Origin: an uncultured Actinomycetota bacterium
GTDB lineage: Bacteria; Actinomycetota; Humimicrobiia; Humimicrobiales; Humimicrobiaceae
Length of the DNA stretch: 64,000 nucleotides
Direction of reading: 5' to 3'
Assembly: GCA_964517765.1 (NCBI GenBank)
Contig: CAZFEN010000003.1
Span: forward strand, 15,880-79,879
Part shown: positions 1 to 10,214 of the stretch, one piece after another
Numbering within the stretch: position 1 is the stretch's first letter
Layout of the letters: every line of letters begins with the position of its first letter
Program-made: the position numbers and the translations under genes
The notes under the pieces: model-generated
What the model saw: the letters and a program-made list of their open reading frames with translations, nothing else
Told to the model about the DNA's origin: nothing
Databases searched by the model: none

Positions 1-38
1 TCTAATAAAAATCTATAATTATATATTATCCCTTAAAA

Positions 39-938
39 CTACTTTAATTTAGGATCAAACGCATCTCTTAATCCATCACCAAGTAAGACAAAACCTAAAA
101 CTGTTATTAAAATAGCCAACCCGGGGAAAAACATCATCCAGGGGGCTATATCAATGTAAGACATAGAATCTGCAAGCATCTTGCCCCATGCAGCTGTCGG
201 AGGTTGGACTCCTATTCCAAGAAAACTCAGTGCAGCTTCTACTATTATCGCGGTTCCTACATTCATTGTCGCATAAACAATTATTGGAGCAAAAGAATTA
301 GGGAAAATATGTTTCATTATAATTCTTTTATTGCTTGCACCCATTGCTCTTGCAGCTTCGATATATTCCTTATTTTTAATTGTCAGGATAGAACTCCTGA
401 AAATTCTTGCGATAGAGGCCCATCCCAGAATCCCGATTGCAATAAATATATTTACTATTCCCGGACCTAAAATCGTCATTATCGCTATCGCCCCCAGAAT
501 ATACGGAAATGCAAAGAAAATGTCTGCTACCCTCATGATCACTGCATCTGATAAACCACCAAAATAGCCTGAGAGAGCTCCAAAGAAAAGACCTATTATC
601 ACTGATATGCCTACCGCAATAACTCCTACCTCTATAGAAATCCTGCTCCCATAAATGACTCTGCTAAAGATATCTCTGCCCAGTAGATCTGTTCCAAAAA
701 AATAGTTAATACTGGGACCAAGTGAAGAATCTTCCTTTATTCTTTCAATTGGATTATAGGGAGAGATCAAAGGAGCAAATATAGCTATCAATATTAGTAA
801 TACGACTATCGAGAGCCCCAGCATGGCAAGCTTATTTTTTCGCAACCGTTTCCATGCATCTTTATAAAGAGATGTCCTTGAATATTTTTTTCCGGTTTCT
901 AATTCTTCTAATGCTTCTAATTCTTTTATAGTCGCCAT
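39..938 (-). CDS. oppC: Oligopeptide/dipeptide ABC transporter permease (OppC/DppC)
   Basis: 299 aa; N-terminal 'AWKRLRKNKLAMLGL', 'FFGTDLLGRDIFSRVIYGSRISI' and the EAA loop 'EYIEAARAMGAS' are typical of OppC. Confidence 0.9.
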   Translation of the reverse strand: MATIKELEALEELETGKKYSRTSLYKDAWKRLRKNKLAMLGLSIVVLLILIAIFAPLISPYNPIERIKEDSSLGPSINYFFGTDLLGRDIFSRVIYGSRISIEVGVIAVGISVIIGLFFGALSGYFGGLSDAVIMRVADIFFAFPYILGAIAIMTILGPGIVNIFIAIGILGWASIARIFRSSILTIKNKEYIEAARAMGASNKRIIMKHIFPNSFAPIIVYATMNVGTAIIVEAALSFLGIGVQPPTAAWGKMLADSMSYIDIAPWMMFFPGLAILITVLGFVLLGDGLRDAFDPKLK

Positions 939-1883
939 TTAAATTTGTATTTCCTTTTTCTCATATCTGATCCTTGGATCCAATAATGCATATACGATAT
1001 CTACTACTAAATTCATAGCTACAAAGATTATAACCAGAATTATCGTTCCGCCGATTACTACGGGTGCATCCCGCTGAAGGATCGCCAGATAAATCGTTCT
1101 CCCTACACCGGGCCAGTTAAAGACTGTCTCGGTAAGAATAGCGCCGCCCATTAAGCTGCCCAGATCAACTCCTATCAATGTTACTACCGGAATCAAAGCA
1201 TTTTTTAAAGCATGTTTGCCTATGACCATATTGCGTGAAAGCCCCTTTGCATAAGCAGTCGTAATATAATCATTGGATAGTACTTCAAGCATTGTACTCC
1301 GTGTCATTCTAGCCACAAATGCAGTAGAAACCGAAGCCAGTGTTATTGCAGGTAATATATAATATCTTAAGCTTCCGTCTCCCATCCCGGACATAGGCAG
1401 CCATCCAAGTTTTAGACCAAACGAAACCTGCAGCATCATACCAAGCCAGTATACGGGAACGCAGACAGCAATAGTCGTTGAAATAGTAACCAGTATATCC
1501 CAGAAACTAAATTTTTTGACTGCAGATACTATGCCCGCAAATATGCCAATAATAACCTCTATTATAATAGCGGCCAGCGCTAATTTTATTGAATTGGGAT
1601 AATGATCGGCAAGAATACTATTGACCGAGCGCCTGTATCTGTATGAAGTTCCGAGATCTCCTTTTGCCAGTTGTTTTATATATCTCCAGTATTGAACATA
1701 AACAGGTTTGTCAATGCCCATTTTTACCCTCAGGTTCTGAAGCGCTTCAGGCGTAGCGCCTTTTTCAAGAATCAGCTTTGCAGGATCTTCAGGGATAACA
1801 TACATTAAAGTAAACAGAATCAATGTAACCCCTATGATAACCGGGATAATCTGTAAAATTCTTCTTAATATAAAATAGAACAT
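939..1883 (-). CDS. oppB: Oligopeptide/dipeptide ABC transporter permease (OppB/DppB)
   Basis: 314 aa; 'GDLGTSY', 'ARMTRSTMLEVLSNDYITTAYAKGL', 'ETVFNWPGVG', C-terminal 'LDPRIR'. Confidence 0.9.
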   Translation of the reverse strand: MFYFILRRILQIIPVIIGVTLILFTLMYVIPEDPAKLILEKGATPEALQNLRVKMGIDKPVYVQYWRYIKQLAKGDLGTSYRYRRSVNSILADHYPNSIKLALAAIIIEVIIGIFAGIVSAVKKFSFWDILVTISTTIAVCVPVYWLGMMLQVSFGLKLGWLPMSGMGDGSLRYYILPAITLASVSTAFVARMTRSTMLEVLSNDYITTAYAKGLSRNMVIGKHALKNALIPVVTLIGVDLGSLMGGAILTETVFNWPGVGRTIYLAILQRDAPVVIGGTIILVIIFVAMNLVVDIVYALLDPRIRYEKKEIQI

Positions 1884-1924
1884 TTTAAATAATTTATTTA
1901 AATAACAATTTTCTTCCTAATATT

Positions 1925-1959
1925 ATGCAGCCTACACCCAAAAAAGATGTAGGCTGCAT
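1925..1959. terminator. Intercistronic stem-loop between oppA and oppB
   Basis: Perfect 12-bp inverted repeat atgcagcctaca (1925-1936) / tgtaggctgcat (1948-1959); the T-run follows on the + strand only, so on the coding (-) strand it may stabilise mRNA rather than terminate. Confidence 0.65.
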
Positions 1960-2006
1960 TTTTTAATTAAATCTCCAAACCGTTACTTAAGGCTGCTTTC
2001 CCTTTT

Positions 2007-3596
2007 TTATTTTTCCAGCCATACCTTGCTTAAATCATAATTTTCCATATTGTTAAGGAAAAATCCCTTAACATATGGCTGTACTATTCTCCTTGTTCCA
2101 TACCAGTAAACATTTGCAAAAGCAACGTCATCAAGAATCAACTTTTCGGCTTCTCTGTATTTTGCAATTCTTTCATCCTCGTCAAGGATAGTCCTTGCTT
2201 CAAGAAGCATTGCATCTGCTTCAGGATTATTATACTCGCCATAGTTATCACTGGATCCTGAATAGAATAGCGGGAACAGGAAATTATCCATTGTAGGATA
2301 GTCTGCCACCCAGCCTAATCTGAAGAATATTATATCTCCAGCCTGTGCCATCTCGAGCATTGTTCCCCATTCGTAACCGGTTATGTTTACATCTATTCCA
2401 ATCTCGCTCAAGTCAGCCTGTATTGCTTCTGCAATCAGCTCATGACCCGCACCTGTATTGAATCCGAATTCCAATGTCGGTAAGCCCTCTCCACCCGGAT
2501 ATCCGGCATCGGCCAGTTTTTGTTCAGCTAATTCAACATTGTATACATAATCCGAAGCATTCTCCTGGAATCCCGGAATTCCTGGTGGAACAAATCCTGC
2601 TGCAGGTGAAGGTACGCCTTCACTTATTACATCACAAATATTTTGCCTGTCTATGGCATAGCTTATCGCCTCACGAAGTTCTTTATTACCTGCAAAAGGC
2701 TCGGCATCTAAATTAAATCCATAATAGTATAAACCCCAGAATGGTTTAATTATAGCACCATCTTTAAGTTCCGGATCTTCCAGTGTAACAGTGATTTTTC
2801 CTACGGGAATCTGAGTATACTCAAGATTTCCGGCCTTAAATTCCAGAAATGCCGTATCTTCGTCGGCAATTATAACATATGTGACACTTTCCAGTTTTGC
2901 TTTTTCACCCCAGTAGTCGTCGTTTCTGACAAGTTCTATTTTCTGATCGTGAACCCATTCAACGAATTTAAATGGACCTACACCATTAATATGTTCGGTA
3001 TATTCATCTCCCCACTTTTCGATATCTTCCTTTGCAACAGGGTAGAATACATCATGACCCAGAGTAGGTAAAAAGTCTGCGTAAGGTTCTTTTAAGGTAA
3101 CTTCGAGCGTGTAATCGTCAAGAGCTTTTACTCCTGATAGAACAGTAGCGGTTCCGGCCTGGCATTCATCATAACCCTGAATTGGAAGCAAATGATAGGC
3201 AAGATAAGAAGCTGTTTCCGCATTGGCTACCCTGGACCATGAATAAACAAAATCTTCAGCTACCAGTTCTCTGCCGCTGTGAAATTTAACTCCTTTCCTT
3301 AAATTAAAGGTATAAACAAGGCCATCATTGCTTATATCCCAGCTTTCTGCCAGTTCGGGTATTGGTTCATATGTATCCGGATCCCAGTCAATCAGACCAT
3401 CCCAGCACTGTCTTATCACCTGGATTCCTTCACTTTCATAAGCATTCGGAGGATCCAGAGATACCGGTTCAACAATATGTAACCTCATGATCTGCTCACC
3501 GGTTGCTTTTGTTTTACATCCTGCAAACATTGCTCCTATAAATACGATAACCGTAAGTACTGCAATTATTCCTATTAACTTTTTGTAATTCCTCAC
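2007..3596 (-). CDS. oppA: Peptide ABC transporter substrate-binding lipoprotein (family 5, OppA/DppA)
   Basis: Family-5 SBP motifs ('PELAESWDISNDGLVYTFNLRKGVKFHSG', 'GVGPFKFVEW'); lipobox 'MFAGC'; start re-set to GTG at 3596, 5 nt behind SD AAGGAGG. Confidence 0.88.
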   Translation of the reverse strand: MRNYKKLIGIIAVLTVIVFIGAMFAGCKTKATGEQIMRLHIVEPVSLDPPNAYESEGIQVIRQCWDGLIDWDPDTYEPIPELAESWDISNDGLVYTFNLRKGVKFHSGRELVAEDFVYSWSRVANAETASYLAYHLLPIQGYDECQAGTATVLSGVKALDDYTLEVTLKEPYADFLPTLGHDVFYPVAKEDIEKWGDEYTEHINGVGPFKFVEWVHDQKIELVRNDDYWGEKAKLESVTYVIIADEDTAFLEFKAGNLEYTQIPVGKITVTLEDPELKDGAIIKPFWGLYYYGFNLDAEPFAGNKELREAISYAIDRQNICDVISEGVPSPAAGFVPPGIPGFQENASDYVYNVELAEQKLADAGYPGGEGLPTLEFGFNTGAGHELIAEAIQADLSEIGIDVNITGYEWGTMLEMAQAGDIIFFRLGWVADYPTMDNFLFPLFYSGSSDNYGEYNNPEADAMLLEARTILDEDERIAKYREAEKLILDDVAFANVYWYGTRRIVQPYVKGFFLNNMENYDLSKVWLEK

Positions 3597-3690
3597 TAAA
3601 GCCTCCTTCTTAAATTCTATAATTACCTGCAAGATTTTTTATTTTAAAACCTCCTTTCGTTTTAAATAATAATCCTGCAATTTCAATTTA

Positions 3691-3924
3691 TTATAATAAA
3701 ATGAATAGAGTTATTGTGGTAATAGTAAAAACCACTCCAAGTATAATTGTTAGCCTATCAAGATTTTTTTCTACAATTCCTGCGCCGTCAAAAGTTTCTA
3801 CCATACCGGTGAATAAACCGGAAATTCCTCCTCCTCTTCCCGCATGCAATAGAATTAATAATACCAGACCGATACTGGCAATTATATGAAATGCAAATAA
3901 CACATTAAGTAAGACAGAACCCAT
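3691..3924 (-). CDS. secG: Preprotein translocase subunit SecG
   Basis: Two TM helices with 'LLHAGRGGGISGLF' and 'EKNLDRLT'; start re-set to ATG 3924 behind GGAGG; follows gap-pgk-tpi-gpm. Confidence 0.9.
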   Translation of the reverse strand: MGSVLLNVLFAFHIIASIGLVLLILLHAGRGGGISGLFTGMVETFDGAGIVEKNLDRLTIILGVVFTITTITLFILL

Positions 3925-4052
3925 ATCTATAATTCCTCCGTAATCATTATTAAATATAATATTGGCTTCTGGCCAATATTTTATCAAAAAAATGACATAT
4001 TAAAAACAAATATTTATATGTAGAATACATAGTCTTTGTCATAAAATCAAGT

Positions 4053-5609
4053 TCAATATGATAAAAGTGATACTCCGGTCATTTCCCCGGGTTTTTCAAT
4101 TTCTAAGAGTTCCAGTACCGTAGGTGCAATATCGCTTAATTTAAAATTATCATCATAATCTTTCAATTTTATTTTCGAATCGCAAATCACAAATGGCACC
4201 ATCGATAAAGAATGGGCTGTTATGACTTTTTTATCGACAGGATTTATCATTTCTTCAGCATTACCATGGTCCGCCGTGATCAGTGCCAGTCCTCCATTTA
4301 CAATTAATTCTTCTACTACTCTTCCCATACATTTATCTACCGCCTCGACAGCTTCTATGGCAGCATCCAAATGCCCTGTATGCCCTACCATATCAGGATT
4401 AGCATAATTTAATATTATTACATCATATATTTTTGATTTGATTTTGCCTATAACAGTATCAGTTACTTCAAATGCACTCATTTCAGGCTTAAGATCATAT
4501 GTTGCAATTTTTGGGGAAGGAATCAATATTCTATCTTCTCCCTTAAATGGTTTTTCTATACCACCATTAAAGAAGAAAGTGACATGAGCATACTTCTCGG
4601 TTTCAGCAATTCTTAATTGCTTCAAATTATTTTTTGATATAACCTCTCCAAGAGTATTTTTAATTTCCTGAGGAGGAAAGGCTATGGGAGCATTAAACGA
4701 CCTGTCGTACTGGGTCATACATACAAAATATACTCTGGGCGGATTCAGGCCTCTGTCGAATTCCTTAAAATCATCAGAAATAAATGCCCTGGTTAGCTGT
4801 CTTGCCCTATCCGGCCTGAAATTAAAGAATATTACTGAATCCGTCGATCTGATCCCGGCCTTCTCATTATCTTTACAGTTCACTATTGAAGGAACAACAA
4901 ACTCATCATCTATATTATTGTTATAGGATGCTTCAACAACTCCGGCAGCCGTTTCGAATTTCTTTCCTTTTCTATACACCAGCATATTATAACTTTTTTC
5001 GATTCTATCCCATCTATTATCTCTGTCCATGCTGTAATATCTTCCGCTGACAGTGGCAATTTGTCCGGCACCCTTCTTTTTTAAATAATCATCCACTTCA
5101 TCCAGGAACGGTATTGCACTTCTTGGGGGAACATCTCTGCCGTCAAGAAAAGCGTGTATAAATAAATCTTTTATTCCATGACTGACTGCCAGGTCAATTA
5201 AAGCTTTAAGATGTCTGATGTGACTGTGTACTCCTCCATCTGAAACAAGTCCCATAAGATGAAGACAGCTATTATTTCTTTTTACATTATTGATTGCATC
5301 TATCAATACTTTGTTGCTGAAAAAATCTCCATCTTTGATTTCTTTATTTATTCTGGTAAATTCCTGATATACGACTCTACCTGCCCCTATATTTAAATGG
5401 CCTACCTCCGAATTGCCCATCTGCCCTTCGGGTAGTCCCACAGATTCACCTGAAGCATTTAATCTGGTATTTGGGTAAATCCTGTAGTAATTATCCATAT
5501 TGGGAGTTTTTGCAAGCCTGATTGCATTGCCTTCATTCTGGACGGATAAGCCCCAGCCATCAAGTATCATCAAACAGATTGGTTTTTTTACTACGGTTTT
5601 ATAAGTCAC
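4053..5609 (-). CDS. gpmI: 2,3-bisphosphoglycerate-independent phosphoglycerate mutase
   Basis: 'LDGWG', 'GQMGNSEVGH', 'NFRPDRARQ', 'NPDMVGHTG', 'TADHGNAE'. Confidence 0.97.
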   Translation of the reverse strand: MTYKTVVKKPICLMILDGWGLSVQNEGNAIRLAKTPNMDNYYRIYPNTRLNASGESVGLPEGQMGNSEVGHLNIGAGRVVYQEFTRINKEIKDGDFFSNKVLIDAINNVKRNNSCLHLMGLVSDGGVHSHIRHLKALIDLAVSHGIKDLFIHAFLDGRDVPPRSAIPFLDEVDDYLKKKGAGQIATVSGRYYSMDRDNRWDRIEKSYNMLVYRKGKKFETAAGVVEASYNNNIDDEFVVPSIVNCKDNEKAGIRSTDSVIFFNFRPDRARQLTRAFISDDFKEFDRGLNPPRVYFVCMTQYDRSFNAPIAFPPQEIKNTLGEVISKNNLKQLRIAETEKYAHVTFFFNGGIEKPFKGEDRILIPSPKIATYDLKPEMSAFEVTDTVIGKIKSKIYDVIILNYANPDMVGHTGHLDAAIEAVEAVDKCMGRVVEELIVNGGLALITADHGNAEEMINPVDKKVITAHSLSMVPFVICDSKIKLKDYDDNFKLSDIAPTVLELLEIEKPGEMTGVSLLSY

Positions 5610-6379
5610 TGGCTATCCTGATAATTAATTATATCAATAAAATCGTCTACTTCCAGGCTTGCACCACCTACAAGGGCACCGTCTATATCTGACATCTTCA
5701 TCAGTTCGGAAATATTTGAGGGTTTAACACTTCCGCCATATTGAATTATGGTAGTTTCGGAGATCTTTTTACTATATAATTCACCAATTTTTTTTCTTAT
5801 ATTGATACACATATCATTGGCATCCCTGGAAGTTGCAGTTTTACCGGTACCAATGGCCCATATAGGCTCATATGCTACAGTCAAATCAATCATACTTTCT
5901 TCATCTATACCATCCAGACATTCTTCTATTTGATTCAGAACAAACTGCCTGGCCTTACCGCTTTCTCTTATTTTCAGTGATTCACCAACACACACAATTG
6001 GCTTTAAACCTGCATTGAAAGCAGCCTTTGCTTTTTTATTGATATCCGAATTAGTTTCTCCGAAATACTGTCTTCTTTCACTATGACCGATTATCACATA
6101 TTCGACACCAAGAGCTTTAAGCATTATTGGTGAGATCTCACCTGTAAATGCACCACTTGCCTCATAATACATATTTTGTGCACCAAGTTTGATATCAAGG
6201 TTATCACTATCAATTATAGTTTTTACGCTCTTTAAAGATGTTGCGGGCGGACATACCGCTACTTCACAATTATTTTTATTATTATATTTATCCCCGAGGT
6301 CCTGTATAAAGTTTACGGCCTGTAAATGAGTCATATTCATTTTCCAGTTTCCGGCTATAAAAGGCCTTCTCATTTCCAT
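5606..6379 (-). CDS. tpiA: Triosephosphate isomerase
   Basis: 'AGNWKMN', 'GHSERR', 'AYEPIWAIGTG', 'YGGSVK', 'LVGGASL'. Confidence 0.98.
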   Translation of the reverse strand: MEMRRPFIAGNWKMNMTHLQAVNFIQDLGDKYNNKNNCEVAVCPPATSLKSVKTIIDSDNLDIKLGAQNMYYEASGAFTGEISPIMLKALGVEYVIIGHSERRQYFGETNSDINKKAKAAFNAGLKPIVCVGESLKIRESGKARQFVLNQIEECLDGIDEESMIDLTVAYEPIWAIGTGKTATSRDANDMCINIRKKIGELYSKKISETTIIQYGGSVKPSNISELMKMSDIDGALVGGASLEVDDFIDIINYQDSQ

Positions 6380-6412
6380 AGTTCCTTTCGAGATTTTTTA
6401 TATTATTTACAA

Positions 6413-7603
6413 TTACTTATCTAAAAGAGATGATACTCCTGGTAATTCTTTACCTTCCAGTAGTTCCATAGCGGCCCCGCCACCGCTTGAGACATGAGTA
6501 AATTTTGAAGATAGACCATATTTTTTCAATGCAGCCAGCGTATCTCCTCCTCCTGCGACTGTAATAGCCTGGCTTCCGGCGATCGCATTTGCGATACTTT
6601 TGGTTCCATTTTCAAAATTGGACCATTCAAAGACACCCACCGGACCATTCCAGAAGATGGTTCGTGCAACAGAAATTTCTTTTTTAAACAATTCTATGCT
6701 TTTATCTCCGATATCCATCCCCATCCAGTCTACCGGTATTGATTGTATTGATACAAGTTTTTTCTCTGCACTACTATCAAATTCTTTTGCAATTACGATG
6801 TCTACAGGCAGTATTAAATTTACATTATCTTTTTTAGCCAGGGCCAGCATTTCTCTGGCAAAATCAATCTGATCATCCTCACAAATCGATTTACCTATTT
6901 CATACCCTTTAGCTTTTAAGAAAGTATAAGTCATTCCACCGCCCAACATCAGACTGTCCACCTTGCCAAGCAAGTTTCTTATAACCTGTATTTTATCCGA
7001 AACTTTACTCCCGCCGAGAATTGTCAGAAAAGGCCTTTGTGGTGATTCCAGAAGAGATGTCAGGACTTCAATTTCTTTCTTCATTAAAAATCCCGCTACT
7101 GCAGGAAGATATTTCGTCACTCCGGCAACAGATGCATGTGCCCGATGCGCAGCGCCAAAAGCATCATCGACATATATATCAGCCAGTGATGCAAGAGATT
7201 TTGAGAATTCGTCGTCATTGGCTTTTTCTCCGGGATCAAATCTCAGATTTTCAAGCATTACAATTTCACCATATTCCATTTCATTATCTATATATTCTTT
7301 GATTTCCGGTGAATAAATACTATCAAATTTTTTGACTTTTTTACCCACCAGTTCACCGAGTCTTTTTGCTGCGGGATCCAGTTTGAATTTAGCCTCGACT
7401 GTTCCTTTTGGCCGCCCGAGATGTGACATCAATATGATCTTTGCATTTTTTTCGATAAGATAATTTATAGTCGGTAGTGATAAACTTATTCTGGTATCAT
7501 CTACTACATTCAGGTTATCGTCCAGGGGAACATTATAATCTACCCTTACCAGGACTCTCTTGTTTGTGACATCTATATCTTCTATTGTTTTTTTATTAAA
7601 CAT
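6413..7603 (-). CDS. pgk: Phosphoglycerate kinase
   Basis: 'RVDYNVP', 'SHLGRP', 'LENLRF', 'GGSKVSDK', 'WNGPVGVFE', 'GGGDT'; ATG 7603 preferred over the track's GTG 7612. Confidence 0.97.
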   Translation of the reverse strand: MFNKKTIEDIDVTNKRVLVRVDYNVPLDDNLNVVDDTRISLSLPTINYLIEKNAKIILMSHLGRPKGTVEAKFKLDPAAKRLGELVGKKVKKFDSIYSPEIKEYIDNEMEYGEIVMLENLRFDPGEKANDDEFSKSLASLADIYVDDAFGAAHRAHASVAGVTKYLPAVAGFLMKKEIEVLTSLLESPQRPFLTILGGSKVSDKIQVIRNLLGKVDSLMLGGGMTYTFLKAKGYEIGKSICEDDQIDFAREMLALAKKDNVNLILPVDIVIAKEFDSSAEKKLVSIQSIPVDWMGMDIGDKSIELFKKEISVARTIFWNGPVGVFEWSNFENGTKSIANAIAGSQAITVAGGGDTLAALKKYGLSSKFTHVSSGGGAAMELLEGKELPGVSSLLDK

Positions 7604-7627
7604 TTTTACCACCAGAATTTAACTTTA

Positions 7628-7662
7628 TAAATAACCGGGGCTTAATTGACCCCGGTTATTTA
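7628..7662. terminator. Stem-loop between gap and pgk (partial terminator or mRNA stabiliser)
   Basis: 13-bp inverted repeat taaataaccgggg / ccccggttattta. Confidence 0.7.
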
Positions 7663-7672
7663 TTTTTTTTAT

Positions 7673-8725
<1,053 letters not shown>

Positions 8726-8873
8726 TTATTCATATAAATTTATAAAAATATAAGAATATTTTTAATTTCGATATGAACCGTGTAATTTTAACAAATTTGA
8801 TAAAATCAATAAAGCGCAATTTACAATAAATATCTTTTTCCGGAATAAAAATATATCTTTCCAGTTAATACAA

Positions 8874-9734
8874 TCAAGTTTTGGAAATATCTCTATGAAA
8901 TAATTTTATGGAGTAACCCTTAAGCTTTAAATATTCAAATATTTTATCGGAAATCACAACCGAACGATGTTTACCGGCGGTACAGCCTATGCCTATCCCA
9001 AGATAACTTTTACCTTCTGCAATATAATTGGGTATTAAAAAATCAAGCATCTTCTCAAATATAGTCAGGAACTCTTTTGTTTCTTCGCGACATAAAATAT
9101 AGTCAATCACTTTTTTATTCTTCCCATCAAGGTCCTTTAACTCCTCATTATAAAATGGATTGGGTAAAAACCTTACATCCATCACAACATCCACACTTTC
9201 GGGTAAACCAGATTTGTATCCGAATGAAGTGATGGATATTTGCAAGAGTCTGCTTTTTTCTATATCGCTCATCATCCGATCTGTTATTGCGATACGGAGT
9301 TCTTTTGAATTCAAAAGCGTGGTGTCAATCACTACATCCGCTATTTCTCTGAGTCTTCCCATCTTTTCTATCTCTTTTTCGATTCCCTCTCCAAGATTAC
9401 CGTCCTCGACCAGCGGGTGCTTTCTTCTGGTCAAAGAATATCTTTTTACAATGGCGCTCTTTGAAGCTCCCAAAAACAGGATTTTATAATCTATTTTCAT
9501 TTCTTTAAGCTTATCGAGGGTCCTGTATATCTCATTAAAAAAATATCCGCTTCTTAAATCTACGGCAAAAGCCATATTGCTTATATTCCTATCCTCCGTT
9601 GAAAAGTAATCGATAATATTAAGCAGAAGATATGCAGGTAAATTGTCTATGCAATAATAACCTGCATCCTCAAAATACTTGAGTGCTTCGGTCTTTCCGG
9701 CGCCGGATAATCCGGTAATTATTACTATCTTCAT
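8874..9734 (-). CDS. rapZ: RNase adapter / P-loop NTPase RapZ (YvcJ)
   Basis: 'GLSGAGKT', 'CIDNLP', 'SFGYKSGLP', 'DVRFLPNP', 'GCTAGKHRSV'. Confidence 0.93.
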   Translation of the reverse strand: MKIVIITGLSGAGKTEALKYFEDAGYYCIDNLPAYLLLNIIDYFSTEDRNISNMAFAVDLRSGYFFNEIYRTLDKLKEMKIDYKILFLGASKSAIVKRYSLTRRKHPLVEDGNLGEGIEKEIEKMGRLREIADVVIDTTLLNSKELRIAITDRMMSDIEKSRLLQISITSFGYKSGLPESVDVVMDVRFLPNPFYNEELKDLDGKNKKVIDYILCREETKEFLTIFEKMLDFLIPNYIAEGKSYLGIGIGCTAGKHRSVVISDKIFEYLKLKGYSIKLFHRDISKT

Positions 9735-9811
9735 TTTGTTATTTATTTTCTCTTTTACGCTAATAATACTTTTTTCTTTTAAAATTGTAACGATACTTAA
9801 TATACATTATT

Positions 9812-10207
9812 TTAATCTTTTTTGTCCCTTTTTTCCCTAAAGAAAATAATTTTAGATATTACTATACTTAGAATACTTATTACCAGTGAACTCCAGACGT
9901 ATCCCCAGAATCCTTTTATTTCCAATTCCCTGATGATCATATCCACGATCCATAACATACCTGCATTTATGATTATATTAAACAGTCCCAGAGTTAAAAT
10001 ATTAATGGGTAAAGATAAGATTTTAACGATAGGTTTTACAATAAGATTAAACAAACCCAGAAGCAATCCTGCTAAAAAAGCGACCTTTAATCTGTCCCAG
10101 GCAGTATCACCCATTAAATATATGAAAGGAGTCAATAAATATGAAGCGACTGTGATAGAAAAAGTAAGTATCACCCAGTCAAGAATCCATTTTAACAAAT
10201 AAACCAC
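9812..10207 (-). CDS. 4-TM membrane protein, phage-holin-like (YvlD-type)
   Basis: 131 aa; 'LGLFNLIVKPIVKILSLPINILTLGLFNIIINAGML' is characteristic of this family. Confidence 0.75.
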   Translation of the reverse strand: MVYLLKWILDWVILTFSITVASYLLTPFIYLMGDTAWDRLKVAFLAGLLLGLFNLIVKPIVKILSLPINILTLGLFNIIINAGMLWIVDMIIRELEIKGFWGYVWSSLVISILSIVISKIIFFREKRDKKD

Positions 10208-10214
10208 CTATCCT

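Noticed and set aside
3633-3660. Second strong SD (AAAGGAGG) about 45 nt upstream of the oppA SD
   Set aside because: No ATG/GTG/TTG at a usable distance and the oppA frame has a stop after it; there is too little to claim a leader peptide or regulator site.
8798-8810. TTGAT-N3-ATCAA palindrome upstream of gap (FNR-like)
   Set aside because: The spacing is 3 nt rather than the 4 nt of FNR/Crp boxes, and it is a single instance in AT-rich DNA.
9812-10207. Prophage inference from the holin-like gene
   Set aside because: This 4-TM family is a routine chromosomal neighbour of uvr/rapZ genes, and there are no other phage genes or att repeats.
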